Assembly (NCBI GenBank): GCA_964016885.1
Contig: OZ024744.1
Span: 78,616,001-78,680,000 of the forward strand
DNA length: 64,000 bases
Source: Eledone cirrhosa
Lineage: Eukaryota
Direction: 5' to 3'
This document shows, one piece after another, positions 22,780 through 34,383 of the stretch; the first letter of the stretch is position 1; each line of letters opens with the position of its first letter. Position numbers and translations under genes: made by a program. The notes under the pieces are model-generated. The model was not told where the DNA came from and ran no database searches. It saw only the letters and a list, made by a program, of their open reading frames with translations.

Positions 22780-23510
22780 AGAGAAATGGCCTTGCTCAGT
22801 ATGCAAGAAAGGAGTAAGTAGAAATTCCATTCTATGTCCCAAATGCAATCTATGGGTACAAAAGAGATGTGGGATCACTGGCAGATACTCGGGTGCAGTA
22901 AGTAGCATTTACCCAAAGAATGTTAGCTCCTTCTACTGCCCAGACAGATCTATAGAAATAGTCAACCCTTTCTGTTACCTGGGTGATGAAATCAGCAGGG
23001 GAGGAGGGTGTTCTGAAAGTACAGTAGCCAGCGTAAGAACAGGATGAAGAAACTTCAGAGAGCTACTACTGCTGTTAGCTACAAAAGGTTTTTCCCTTAA
23101 AATGAAGGGCAGATTGTACGATGTGTGTATATGAATAGCAATGTTACATGGTAGTGAGACCTGGGCACTGTGTGCAGAAGACCTGTGAAGATTGGAAAGA
23201 AATGATGCATGCATGCTTCAATGGATGTATAATAGTAATATATATGATTGGCAAAGAATAAACAGAGAAACTAGGTAAGAAGGATCAGATGCAGTATACT
23301 AGAGAGAAGAATGCATTGGTATGGTCATGTGATGTTTGAAGGATGACAGCTGTATAAATAGGTGCAGGGTGATCAAAATTGATGCGAGCTATGGAGTAGG
23401 AAAACCTGGGACGAGGTCATAAAAGCTGACCTTGCGCAATTGCACCTCTCAAAGATGATGACACAAGATCAAGATCTGTGGCGTTATGCAGTAATACAGA
23501 AGACATGCCT
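22780..23510 (+). mobile_element. RTE LINE 3' fragment with Cys-rich (PHD-like) insert
   Basis: Translates to KWPCSVCKKGVSRNSILCPKCNLWVQKRCG, then EIVNPFCYLGD, LHGSETW and WYGHVM. Confidence 0.8.
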
Positions 23511-24439
23511 TCCCATGTGCATGGACTCAAACATCTTGGAGAGACCTCTTAACCACTATACCCCCTGACCCAACACCCACCCACTTCTGTCCACACCACC
23601 CTTACACTGTAAAATTATGTTGGTATCACAACAAAAAAAGCACCCAGCCCACACTGTAAATGTGGTTGGCATTAGGAAGGGCATCCAGCCATAGAAACCT
23701 AATCAGAAACAGTTCTGTGTGTGCAAGGCATGGTCACCTGACCCAACTTGCCTCTAATGGGTAGAGAGAGCTCTTCAGTTAAGTCAATAATCAACAAACT
23801 CTCTAATGACAGTATCACGATAAAATGCACCCAGTATACTCAGTAAGGTGGTAAGTGTTAGGAAGTGTATCCAGCAATAGAAACTATACCAAAAAGGATT
23901 GTGGGGAAACCTTCAGTGTGTCAAAGGCACAGCAGCCTCCTTCATGTTGGTGACATGATAAATAACACCCAGTACATGCTGTAAAGTGGTTGCTAATAAG
24001 AAGGGTATCAAGCTGTTGAAACCATAACAAAAGGATTAAGTTGTGTCTAATGAAATGTCACAGACACAACATCCTCTCTAGTGCAGGTGCACGTATGTGT
24101 GTGTGAGTAATATTTATGCATAATACATCATCACTCAGGTAATACATGATGGGGTCATAAGCAATTACTGGCATACCTATTATCATCGTTTAACGTCCAC
24201 TTTCCATGCTAGCATGGGTTAGAGGGGTTGTCCCATTTGAGGCAAGGTGGGTCAGGTGAGCCTGTCTTGTTCATACAGATCTGTTTCTGGCAGGATTTCT
24301 ACAACTGGATGCCTTTCATAATGCCAACCACATTTACAGTGAGTACTGGGTGCTTTTTGTCATGACACCTACACGACCACCTTAGTGTTATATAATCATT
24401 AAGTGTTACTAGGGAAAAGTTGATGCACTGGAAAAGTAC

Positions 24440-24750
24440 AACTACAGAAGCATTACACTAATTGATCAAGCGATGATAGTGAAGGAAAGAGTTTTAGCAC
24501 AGCTAATTAAGGAAAGTGTTAAATTAGATAAGATGCAGTTTGGTTTTGTACCAAGAAGGAGCATCACAGATGCCCTGTTTTTAATGAGACAACTACAAAG
24601 TAAGTTCCTAGCTGTGTAGATGAATGACTTGTAAGAGCAGTGTAAGCCATGTACAGAGGAGCTGTCAGTAAAGTGAGAGTAGGAAATGAGTTTAGCGAGG
24701 AATTCAATCTGTAAGTCGATATTTATCGGGGCTGTCATCAGCCCTCACTT
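24440..24750 (+). mobile_element. RTE LINE RT fragment (same family as 2620-3530)
   Basis: ERVLAQLIKESVKLDKMQFGFVPRRSITDALFLMRQLQ. Confidence 0.8.
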
Positions 24751-25179
24751 GTTTATGAAGACATAACTTCTCTAGTGCTGGTGTCACAATAAAATACACC
24801 CAGTACACTTTGTAACGTGGTTGGCATTAAGAAGAGTATCCAGCTGTAGAAACCATGTCAAAAATGGCAGGTACAAATGAGACCAGTAATGCCAAATAAG
24901 GGCAAGAACTGTGACAACCCAATCATGGCCATATGTAAAGTAAACATGAAGTATTGGATATGTTTTTACAAAAATAAGGTGATGCCATCTAGTGACAGAA
25001 ACAGGTATAAGAATAAAATCACGCAAACATACATGTTGATAAGCTCTAAAATGGTAAAACCAGTTGCTGCCAGTATAGAATGTCAATTATTGAGGACATT
25101 ATAAATAGATTTAATAGGTTTCTGTGACCTAATATTGTTAAGCATCTTTAAAAAATATTTAAGCAGTAGCATTAATATT

Positions 25180-27030
25180 TCTTCTTCATCCACTTATTCC
25201 CGAGAGAGTCATGGGGCCGGTCCTCAAACTCTCCCTCCAGTTGGTCCTGTCTAAAGCATCCCTCTCCAACTGATCTTGCGGGACCAACCAAACTCATGGA
25301 TGTTATCCAACCATCTTGTTTGAGGTCTACCCCTGGGTCGGTTGCCGGTTGGTTTTGCCTGTAAAATCTATCCAGCAATTATTTCCTGGGACATTCTAAC
25401 CACATGTCCATAGTATTGGAGCTGTGATCTCTCAATTCGGAGAAATAGCAGCTCTACTTGGAGTGATTCTCTGATCTCCGAGCTACACACTCTATCGAGT
25501 AATGTTAGTCCAAAGAAGACCCTTCGCAGAAACCCCATTTTGGCCACTTGTATTCGCGATCGTATTCTTTCAGTCATTACCTAAGATTCATGACCATAGG
25601 TAAGGGTTGGCACAAATACCGAATTGAAGACAGTGAGTTTGGCTTTTGCACTTACCTCTCTTTTGATTACTGGAGCTGGCACATTACTGCACCAGCTTTT
25701 GAACTTCTCTACCTGCTTTAGTGCAACTCCATTCACACATAGCATGCACTACGCAGGCTTCCTTCAGAGGACGAGTGTCTCAGTTTTCACAACACTGATT
25801 TTCATTCCAGCCATGCAGCACTCAACATCAAACCTATCAAGTGCAAGTTGGAAATCTCCTGTCGAGTTAAGTAACACCATGTCATCCGCAAATTCCAACT
25901 GACTGATTTTACACTCACCAATCGTGATACCATTTCCAACCCGGATGCGTATGTCAATCCTGTTCATGTAAATAATGAACAGGAAAGGTGACAGTACGCA
26001 CCCTTGGTGGAGTCTGACTTCCACATTGAATGGTTTTGATTCAGCACCATTTATCCAAATACAAATACTTGGGCGTTCATATAGAGACATCAGAGCAACA
26101 AGAAGCTGACCATCAATCTCATATTCCTGCACTGCCTTCCACAGCAGGTCCTGAGGAACGCAGTCATATATACTTATTGGCAATATTCCTACGATTTCTT
26201 GAATACATGCCGCAGTGTGAATATTTGGTTGGCTGTGCTGCATCCAGGGCAAAAAACACACTGTTCATCAGTTAGCTTGGACTTGACAATCTCCCTGCAT
26301 CTCTTTGACAGACACTTAGTATAGACTTTACTGGGGAGGCTTAACTTAGTATAGACTTTACTGGGGAGGCCTAACAAGGTTCAATTGGGTCAATTTCTCT
26401 TGTCTCCCTTTTTTGAAAATTGGGTTTATCACTCCCGATTGCTATTGCTTAGGTGCCTTTCCAGAGATCCAAGCCACCTATCACACATGAGTCAGCCAGA
26501 GAATACCTTCTCTATTTAAGGCTTTTAACATCTCGGGCCAGATTTCATTTTCCCCAGTGGCTTTGCCACATTTGACCTCTTTAACTGCTCTTGTGACCTC
26601 AGCCTCTGAGAGATTAGTCACCGCTCCCAGATGTACCTCATGTACATCCGAAGATGCCCTTGTGATCAGGTTTAGAAAATCAGCAAAGTATTCTTTCCAC
26701 CCCACAAGGATGCACCTCTCTGAAGAGAGGAGAACCCCAGATGCTTTCTTGATAGCAGGTTTGGAGGAGGGGTTCCTATTACGAAGTTGGTGGATGGTCT
26801 GCCAGAACATTTTATCTGCTTATCTGAAGTTGGATTCCAAAGTCCTCCCATGTCTCAACTTCCGATGCTTTTACTGTCTCTGCTGTGATTTTTCGTGCTG
26901 GCTTGAACCGCAAGTGCAAGAAGGAGGACTTATTTCCAAGCTTCGTAAGCTTCCTTCTTTGGTTGGATGGCATTTTTGACCTCTTGATTGAACCAAGGAG
27001 TCTGCCTGCCATTTGGTGCCACACCAAGCC
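25180..27030 (-). mobile_element. RTE-like LINE, ~1.85-kb degenerate RT-containing fragment
   Basis: Frameshifted ORFs contain WKEYF, KCGKATG, LHQGCVLSPFLF, QLEFADDMVLL and LQYYGHVVRM. Confidence 0.9.
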
Positions 27031-27059
27031 TCTTTTGCTCACAGTATTAATACAGGGGA

Positions 27060-27670
27060 GTGGATTGGCAGTGTCAGTAGAGTGCTGGACACTATGCTTT
27101 GCAGCATAGAGTTACATCCCTTTACAATCTAAGTTCAAATCCCGCCGAGGTTAACTTTGCCTTTCATCCTTACGGGGTCAATAAAATAAAGAACCAGTAA
27201 TGTACTGGGATAATTGCTGGCCTTGTCCCAAAAATGCAAACAATTATTAATATAATGTTTCAAAACAAAGGTATATGGGCCTATATACAATAATTGTTTC
27301 TACTTTTGGCACAAGGCCAGCATTATCCCAGTACATTACTGGTGCTTTATTTTATTGACCCTTTAAGGATGAAAGGCAAAGTTAACCAGGGCAGGATTTG
27401 ACCTTAGACCGTAAAGGCCCTAACTCTATGCTGCAAAGCATGGAGTCCAACCCTCTACCGATACTGCCAATCCACCGCTTTATACAATAATCGTTTCTAC
27501 TTTTGGCACAAGGCCAGCAATTACCCAGTGCATTACTGGTACTTTATTTTATCGACCCCGTAAGGATGAAAGGCAAAGTAAACCTCGGTGGGATTTGAAC
27601 TCAGAATGGCAAGGACCGTAACTCTTTGCGTCAAAGCATGGCGTTCGACCCCCTACCGATACTGCCAATC
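27060..27670. mobile_element. Cluster of three family A SINEs (+ 27060-27250; - 27289-27478; - 27486-27670)
   Basis: Family consensus match; the two minus copies are bracketed by three copies of tacaataat. Confidence 0.9.
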
Positions 27671-27949
27671 CATACAATAATAAACTTACATAAGTCTCAC
27701 AGTCGGTGATTTTAAATCTGTGATCATGTCACAGCTAACTCAGTAACCATGTAAGAATGCTAAATGCTAGCATTTCAGGATTGTTATCCATCTTCAGTGA
27801 TATTTACTCACTCAGTATGGATGCAAATTATGCTGATAACTTATATGGAGTTTCGCAAATAATACATTTATGGTAACACTCATTTGATTATAATACAAGC
27901 TTGATTGGTTGGTTTTAATTAGTAGCAGCACTAACACAACATGATTCAA

Positions 27950-28862
27950 AATAGAGGCTTATGCTGGTAAATAGAGAAGACTATGCTGGTATGGACATGT
28001 GACGATATGCATGATGATCACTGGGTGAAAAAGTGTCAAGTAATCTCAGTGGAAGGAAGCTGCAGTAGAGGAAGACCAAAGAAAACCTGGGGCAGAGGTG
28101 ATAAAAGTTAATCTCAAATCATTGAAGCTCTCAAAGAAGATGAGAGATCACGACAAGTGGAGAGATGCTGTACTAAGAAGGACCTGTCCAATCCATGCAA
28201 GCATCGAAAAAGCGAACATAAGATGGTGATGATGATGATGGGATCATATACAATACGTATATATATATATGCTTGCTGGCCTTGTGCTGTAGAAAACGAT
28301 GGCATATGAGGAGGGAAAACTCTCCAAATATTTATCGCTCTCAGATAGGTTTGCAGTCAAGCTCGTATCAGTGGAGTCTTCTGGTGTCCTTGTAAAGTCG
28401 GTTGTATGATGCCTGTGTAAGATGCTGCATGGTACTGAGACATGGGCAGCAACTGCGGAGGGCATGCGACGGCCGAAGAGAAATGAAGCAAGCTTGCTCC
28501 GATGGATGTGCAATGTCAATGTGCATGAACGACCAAGCAGAGACAAGTTGAGAGTGAAACTGTATAAGACGGATAAAGTGTAGTGTGCGGGAGAGAAAAC
28601 TGTGTTGAAATGGCCATGTGATGCACATGGAAGATGACCACTGGGTGAAGAAATGCCAAGAAAGTGGAATGGTGGAAGGATGACGCAGTAGAGGAAAATC
28701 ACGAAAAACATGGGTGGAGGTGGTGAGAGCTGACCTCAGATCGCTGAAGTTCACAAAGGAGATGACGAAGGACTGTGATAAATGGAGAGATACTGTGCTG
28801 AAAAAGACCTGTCCCACTCTTGCAAGCAGGAAAAAGCAAACGTAAAATGATGATGATGATGA
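27950..28862 (+). mobile_element. Two RTE LINE 3' fragments (about 27950-28240 and 28298-28862)
   Basis: LCWYGH/HWVKKC/RGRPKKTW-like translations; both end in a stem-loop plus (GAT)n tail. Confidence 0.85.
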
Positions 28863-28894
28863 GTATATGAATATAAACACACATACACTCACAC

Positions 28895-29622
28895 ATCATT
28901 ATCATTTTCATTTTACGTCTGCTTTTTCTCTGCTTGCAAGGGTGGGACGGGAACTGATTCTGGCTTGATTTCTACAGCTGGATGCCCTTCCTAATACCAA
29001 CCTCATTTACAGTGAGTGCTGGGTGCTTTTTTTGACGTGGCACCTCCACGACCACTTTGCAGTGGAATGATAGGGACCCCAGTCCCTATCATCTCATTTC
29101 TACAGCTGAGTAAACTGGAGCAATGTGAAATAAAGTGTCTTGCTCAAGGATGTGTAGCTATTATTATTGTGTGTGTATGTGTGAGTATATGTGTGTTTGT
29201 GTGAATATATTTATACATATTTATACATATGGAGCCACATGGCTTAGTGGTTAGAGCATTGGCCTTGCAATCGAAAGGTTGTGAGTTCAATTCTCAGACC
29301 GGGTGATGTGTTGTTTCCTTGAGCAAGACACTTTATTTGACATTGCTCCAGTTTACTCAGCTGTAGAAATGAGATGATAGGACTGGGGTCCCTATCATTC
29401 CACTGCAAAGTGGTCGTGGAAGTGCCACGTCAAAAAAGCACCCAGCCCACACTGTAAAGTGGATCTGTAGGCGCCACGGAAAAAAAGCACCCAGCACTCA
29501 GTGTAAATGAGGTTGGTGTTAGGAAGGGCATCCAGCTGTAGAAATCAAGCCAGAATCAGTTCCCGTCTCACCCTTGCAAGCAGGGAAAAAGTGGACGTAA
29601 AATGAAATGATGATGATGATGA
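28895..29622. mobile_element. Head-to-head family B SINE pair (- 28895-29150; + 29232-29622)
   Basis: The two copies are reverse complements over ~250 bp. Confidence 0.85.
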
Positions 29623-30132
29623 TATATACTCACACAAATGTAGCAAATCTTTTTTTCTATAGTTTGTCACCACCCACTTCTTTCCTCCATCATCACATAG
29701 ATATGTGTGTATGTAATAATTATTTTGTCTAATGTGTCTGTTTATATATTGTATAGCGGGTCGAATGGTGGTATGGATGGTTGTGTTGTGGGTGTTTATT
29801 CACTGTTGTGGGTGTGCTCCCTTGTAGATTCCTGAGTGGTGGGGTCACTGTTGTGTTAGTATAGGCGAAAAAGCTTGATGTGCCTGATATAGTGTGTCCA
29901 GAGATTGCATGTGGGTAAGTAAGTAAGTGTTCATTAAGATAATGATGATATGATGGTTCCTTGATCACATAGGAAATGAAATATATAAAAAAACACAATA
30001 ACACAAAGCCTGTATGTTACCAATTTATTAAATATAGCTTATGTTAAAGCTCTATGATAATACACTAAGAACAAATAAACACAGATGAATTGTGTGACGT
30101 TATTTGTCAAGATGTGTATGTGTGTTTATAAA

Positions 30133-30490
30133 AATGAAATTATTATGTACAGTGCTAAGGTGCACTACAACTCATTAAAGGTGCATGTATAGTACATAGA
30201 ATAATGTACAAATGTCAGGAAAGTGAACAGTGTATGAGTCATGATATACATGTGTGTGTATGGGTGGGGGGCACATCAGGTGTAGTGTTGGCGAATTTCA
30301 GGAAGAATGGAAGTTTTAAACAACTGATGCAGGTAGTTTGTTCCGTGTTTCAGCAACTCTGAGCATGAAAATATGCTTCCAAAAGTCATGGGAGCTGTAC
30401 TGCTTTCTGACTTTGTAGGCATGCTTACGGGTGTTAGACACATGGAATTCGAAAAGGTGCTCAGGGTTGTTGTTGGCAAGATGGTTAATA
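30133..30490 (-). mobile_element. CR1-like LINE 3' end
   Basis: Same family as 6077-6710 and 15609-16255. Confidence 0.85.
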
Positions 30491-31090
30491 ATTTTGTTTT
30501 CACAGGTATAATGAAAAATGTATTTACCAAAACTTCTGTTGATGAGATGAAATGCACATGTAAGAATGTTACTGGGCCCTTGCCGAGAGGGCCAAAGTTT
30601 TTTGCTAAGTGCTATATCTTGCTAGTTGCTTAATTTGATGTGTCACTTTTGAGGGACCAGAGTAGACTGAGTGAAAAAAGAAGTTATTTTGCTTTCACCT
30701 CAAAATGACATCAACTCAGATTACAGAAAAATGACAATTAGATGTTACCTGGGGGTCACTCCATGAAGAGATTTCACTACATATGTATGCATAGATGTGT
30801 GTGTGTGTTGTGTTTGTAATTCTATTGTCTATTGTATCTTTCCGTTTCAATGAATGGCGAACAAATATATAAATAAACACACATTATATAAATAAACACA
30901 CACTGACTATTATTATAGTTGATAAGCATAAATAAGTCACCATGTGAGAACACCAAATACCAATATTCTGAATCATGATGAGTAAATGTTACTGAAGATG
31001 GCTGAAGATCCTAAATTAGAAGTGGCACTAACATAGTGTCGTTCATAATAGAGGTGTATTTGAAAGAATATACAATATGATTATGTATGA

Positions 31091-31260
31091 TTGGTGTTTG
31101 GCCCTAGGGCTACCTCCCTACTCACCACCATAGGTGCTGAACCAACTAGTCACAGGTGTGAGCCTTGCGAGATGGAATGGCTCTTCCAGCGCATCTCCCC
31201 TACCATCCTCTGGGGAAATGCTTTCTCATTTCTGTCTGCCAGGGCCGTGGGGCAGCCAGC
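31091..31260 (+). mobile_element. CRE-clade non-LTR retrotransposon 3' fragment
   Basis: FGPRATSLLTTIG...EMEWLFQRISPTILWGNAFSFL resembles the FLFQRLSxxIQRGNA terminus of CRE elements. Confidence 0.65.
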
Positions 31261-31285
31261 CCGAGGGACTCCATTTGCTTATAAT

Positions 31286-31506
31286 AATGGTTTCTTATAT
31301 AGGCGCAAGGCCAGCAATTTGAAGGGGAGGGGAAAGTCAGTTAAATCGACCCCCAGTGCATTACTGGTACTTTATTTTATCGACCCCCATAAGGATGAAA
31401 GCAAAGTTAACATCGGTGGGATGTGAACTCAGACCGTGAAGGGCCGTAACTCTATGCTGCAAAGCATGGTGTCCGGCCCTCTACTGAAACTGCTAATCCA
31501 CCGCCT
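31286..31506 (-). mobile_element. tRNA-head SINE family A with TSD ccatttgcttataat
   Basis: Family match plus 15-bp direct flanks. Confidence 0.9.
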
Positions 31507-32532
31507 TCACCATTTGCTTATAATAGTGAGAGATGACAGTGGGAGTTTGGCTCTTCTGTGTTTGGACCTGGTGTGCAGTGTTAGTTGTCCGTAAGGGGGT
31601 AGTGATTCATCTACTATTATCTAGGGTGCTGATCTCCAATTTAACGGAGTAAATACTAACTTTTTCATTTTAATTTATTCCAGATCAACTAAAATCCTAT
31701 TTTAATGTCAACATAAAAAAAAAAAAAAAAAAGCTGAGTCAGTAGCTGGTGAGAATGCCAGACAGGTGTTTCTGGATATTTATCCATCATCAATAACATT
31801 TACTCACTTGTTACTGAAACAAGAATAGGTTATAGCTTTTATGTTATTATTATTTTTTTTGTGTGTGTATGAAACATCAGCTGACTTTGCAGAAAGACTC
31901 ATATATGAATATTATACATATTATACATAAACATATCATATATGCTTTCATATATATCTCTGTGATGAATCACACTATGTTTCTGTTTCTTCAAAGTACC
32001 ACTATCCAGTCAATCTAATCTAATCTGGCCGAGTTTACACTTGCAAATAAGAAGAACCAGGGCCACCCCAAGGAGCATTGGATTTGGCGTACTTCATATT
32101 TGTTTTGGTTGCTGAATACAATCAGGTGTCTGCTTCTCCTGAAGGTCAATAGTTCTCTTCTAACTCAAGCAGGAGTGCATTTCCATTGATCATCTGCAAA
32201 GCTGCATTGTTCTCAGAACCATTACACCAGTCTTTCAATGCGTGCAGCTGGAACTACTGCCACCCATTGATTTGGCAAGATTTCTTTTTTTTTTCTTTTT
32301 AGATGTCAGGTTTTGTGTTTTGTCCTGCTGGGTATCCAAAATCACCCTCCTCACCAAGTACATTTGGTAGGGTTGCCAGTTTTAGTTGCAACGATGACCC
32401 GACTATGCGACAGGTTGTACTGGGTTACATGCTACCAGTAGCACTTAAGAGTATCCAGTCAAGTTCCCACTTTATAAATATAAGCATCGCCCACTGATGT
32501 TTTACGTACACTAATGTAAATTAGTTGCTATG

Positions 32533-32875
32533 TATAAGGGTCGAATGAAAAGTTCATATGCTGACCAAGATACTCTCATGGAATGACCAAATGAGACTCA
32601 GTTTTCAACATAGTCCCTGAAAAGAAACAATGCAGTTATTAATAAGAAGAGTTGAAATTAATGCATGCAAGATTTCATAGCTCTAGCATCACTCCTTCAT
32701 AGACTGACCAGGATACTCTCATGAAATGACCAAAATGAGATTTATCTTTCAACATAGTTCCTTGAAAGAAACAATGCAGTTAATGATAAGAAGATTTGAA
32801 ATTAATGCATGCAAGATTTCATCGCTCTAGCATCACTCCTTCATAGTTAGCCTATGAATTTTCAGCCTACCTCAT
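32533..32875. mobile_element. Mariner-like MITE with internal ~140-bp tandem duplication
   Basis: TAtaagggtcgaatgaaaagttcatatgct ... agcctatgaattttcagcctacctcaTA inverted termini; gaccaagatactctcatg...cactccttcatag occurs twice. Confidence 0.7.
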
Positions 32876-32940
32876 AATACATTGTAAGGTTTTTAAAACT
32901 AAATACAACATTAGTATTAAATAAAAAGTGACAAACTTAC

Positions 32941-33109
32941 AAAGAGAGTGGCCAAGAAATGAGGAAAAGCCATATAGGCCAGCCCTGACAGGAAAGCGAC
33001 AAAGAATTCAGTGCGTATCACCCATGTCAAGACATTTTCAGATTCATAATGGCCAAGTTTGGGACGTTTTCTCAGAATCAAGATGGCCATTAACCACAAA
33101 CAAGAGCTA
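32941..33109 (-). pseudogene. Inverted, decayed duplicate of coding exon C
   Basis: Encodes LWLMAILILRKRPKLGHYESENVLTWVIRTEFFVAFLSGLAYMAFPHFLATLF and retains the aacag acceptor and gtaagt donor. Length is 169 nt versus 195 (20-nt and 6-nt losses), so phase is shifted. Confidence 0.88.
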
Positions 33110-33449
33110 CTGTTAAAAAAAAAAAATAATAATTAGTAACAAAACATAATTAATGAAAAATAAAAAATTAATAAAAAAACAAAATTTGTTTTTGCTCTTA
33201 ACATGGTAGATAGCTAAATGTATTTGTGAGTGAATAATAATAATATAATAATAATCGGTAGAGGGTCGGACGCCATGCTTTGCAGCATAGAGTTACGGCC
33301 CTTTACGGTCTGATTTTAAATCCCACCAAGGTTAACTTTGCCTTTCATCCTTACGGGGTCAATGAAATAAAGTACCAGTAATGCACTGCGATAATTGCTA
33401 GCCTTGTGCCAAAAGTAGAAACAATTCGTGGTGAATAATTAGAATTTTC

Positions 33450-33700
33450 GATGGATGTGCAATAGCAACATAAGTGAATGGCAAAGCATAAATGAACTAC
33501 ATGAGAAATTAGTCATAAGAGCGATCACATGTGTGCAGGAGAGGAGATTATGTTGGTATGGACATGTGATGCGTATGAAGTATGACAGCTGCATAAAAAA
33601 GTGCAGAGTGCTCAAAGTTGATGGTAGCCATGGAATTGGCAGGCCTATGAAGACTTGGGATGAGGTAATAAGAGCTGACTTTGCTCAATTACATCTCACA
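33450..33700 (+). mobile_element. RTE LINE 3' fragment
   Basis: ERRLCWYGHVMRM...GRPMKTWDEVI. Confidence 0.85.
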
Positions 33701-34168
33701 GGAAGACGCACCCACTATTATTCTCGGGTTGAGGCATTTGCCTAGTACACAACACCATTCCCTATGATCTCCTCTCCCGTAAACTTCCTTCCCTTATACC
33801 TGCATCCGCATGAGTGAAACATGGTCCTCCAATCAGATCTCCCACAAAGGGACAGCTCGTCCTACCCATGCTAGCATGGAAGATGGACGTTAAACAATGA
33901 TGAAGATGATGATGGTCTATGTTAACAAGATGGTGTAGATTCAACAGTAATTATGGTGAAAACCTAACCCACAAACAAGGAAATAAATATATACATTATA
34001 TATATTGAAGAACTTACAAAAGCTTATAGTTTAAAGTCAATCCACCACTTGATGATATCAATCCTTCTGGGAATTACAAATGATGAAAGTATAGAAGTAT
34101 GTGTGGACCTGTAACTCCTGATGAAATCATTGGGGTGCCATAGTGACACAAAAGTACATTGTGGGCAT

Positions 34169-34383
34169 TTAAACCCTTTAATATATACATTACTCTATAT
34201 ACTATTATATTTTCATGATAAAGGTTTTACCTCACATAATATCGAATCCATGAGATTTTGATATTATTTATTTTGAGAACAATACCTTAACATCAGTATG
34301 ATGGACTCATTACAGCCAGTTTGAATAGAAAGAGGTAAGAGGGTTCTGGACGGATACAACTGGTTTAAATGCTGAAGGGTTAA
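34169..34383 (-). mobile_element. piggyBac-type MITE between two ~130-bp direct repeats
   Basis: ttaaacccttta...tgaagggTTAA; reverse orientation relative to 7314-7542. Confidence 0.7.

Noticed and set aside
34017-34110. Minus-strand exon (ttacag...gtaagt) as paralog of exon B
   Set aside because: No similarity to exon B, stops in the frames checked, and it overlaps a duplicated repeat.
34116-34165. Hammerhead at CTGATGA (also 34485)
   Set aside because: No GAAA core and no convincing stem I in either copy.
7314-34383. MITEs at 7314 and 34169 as mirror partners in the inverted duplication
   Set aside because: Positions are symmetric, but flanking sequences do not match, so they are independent insertions.
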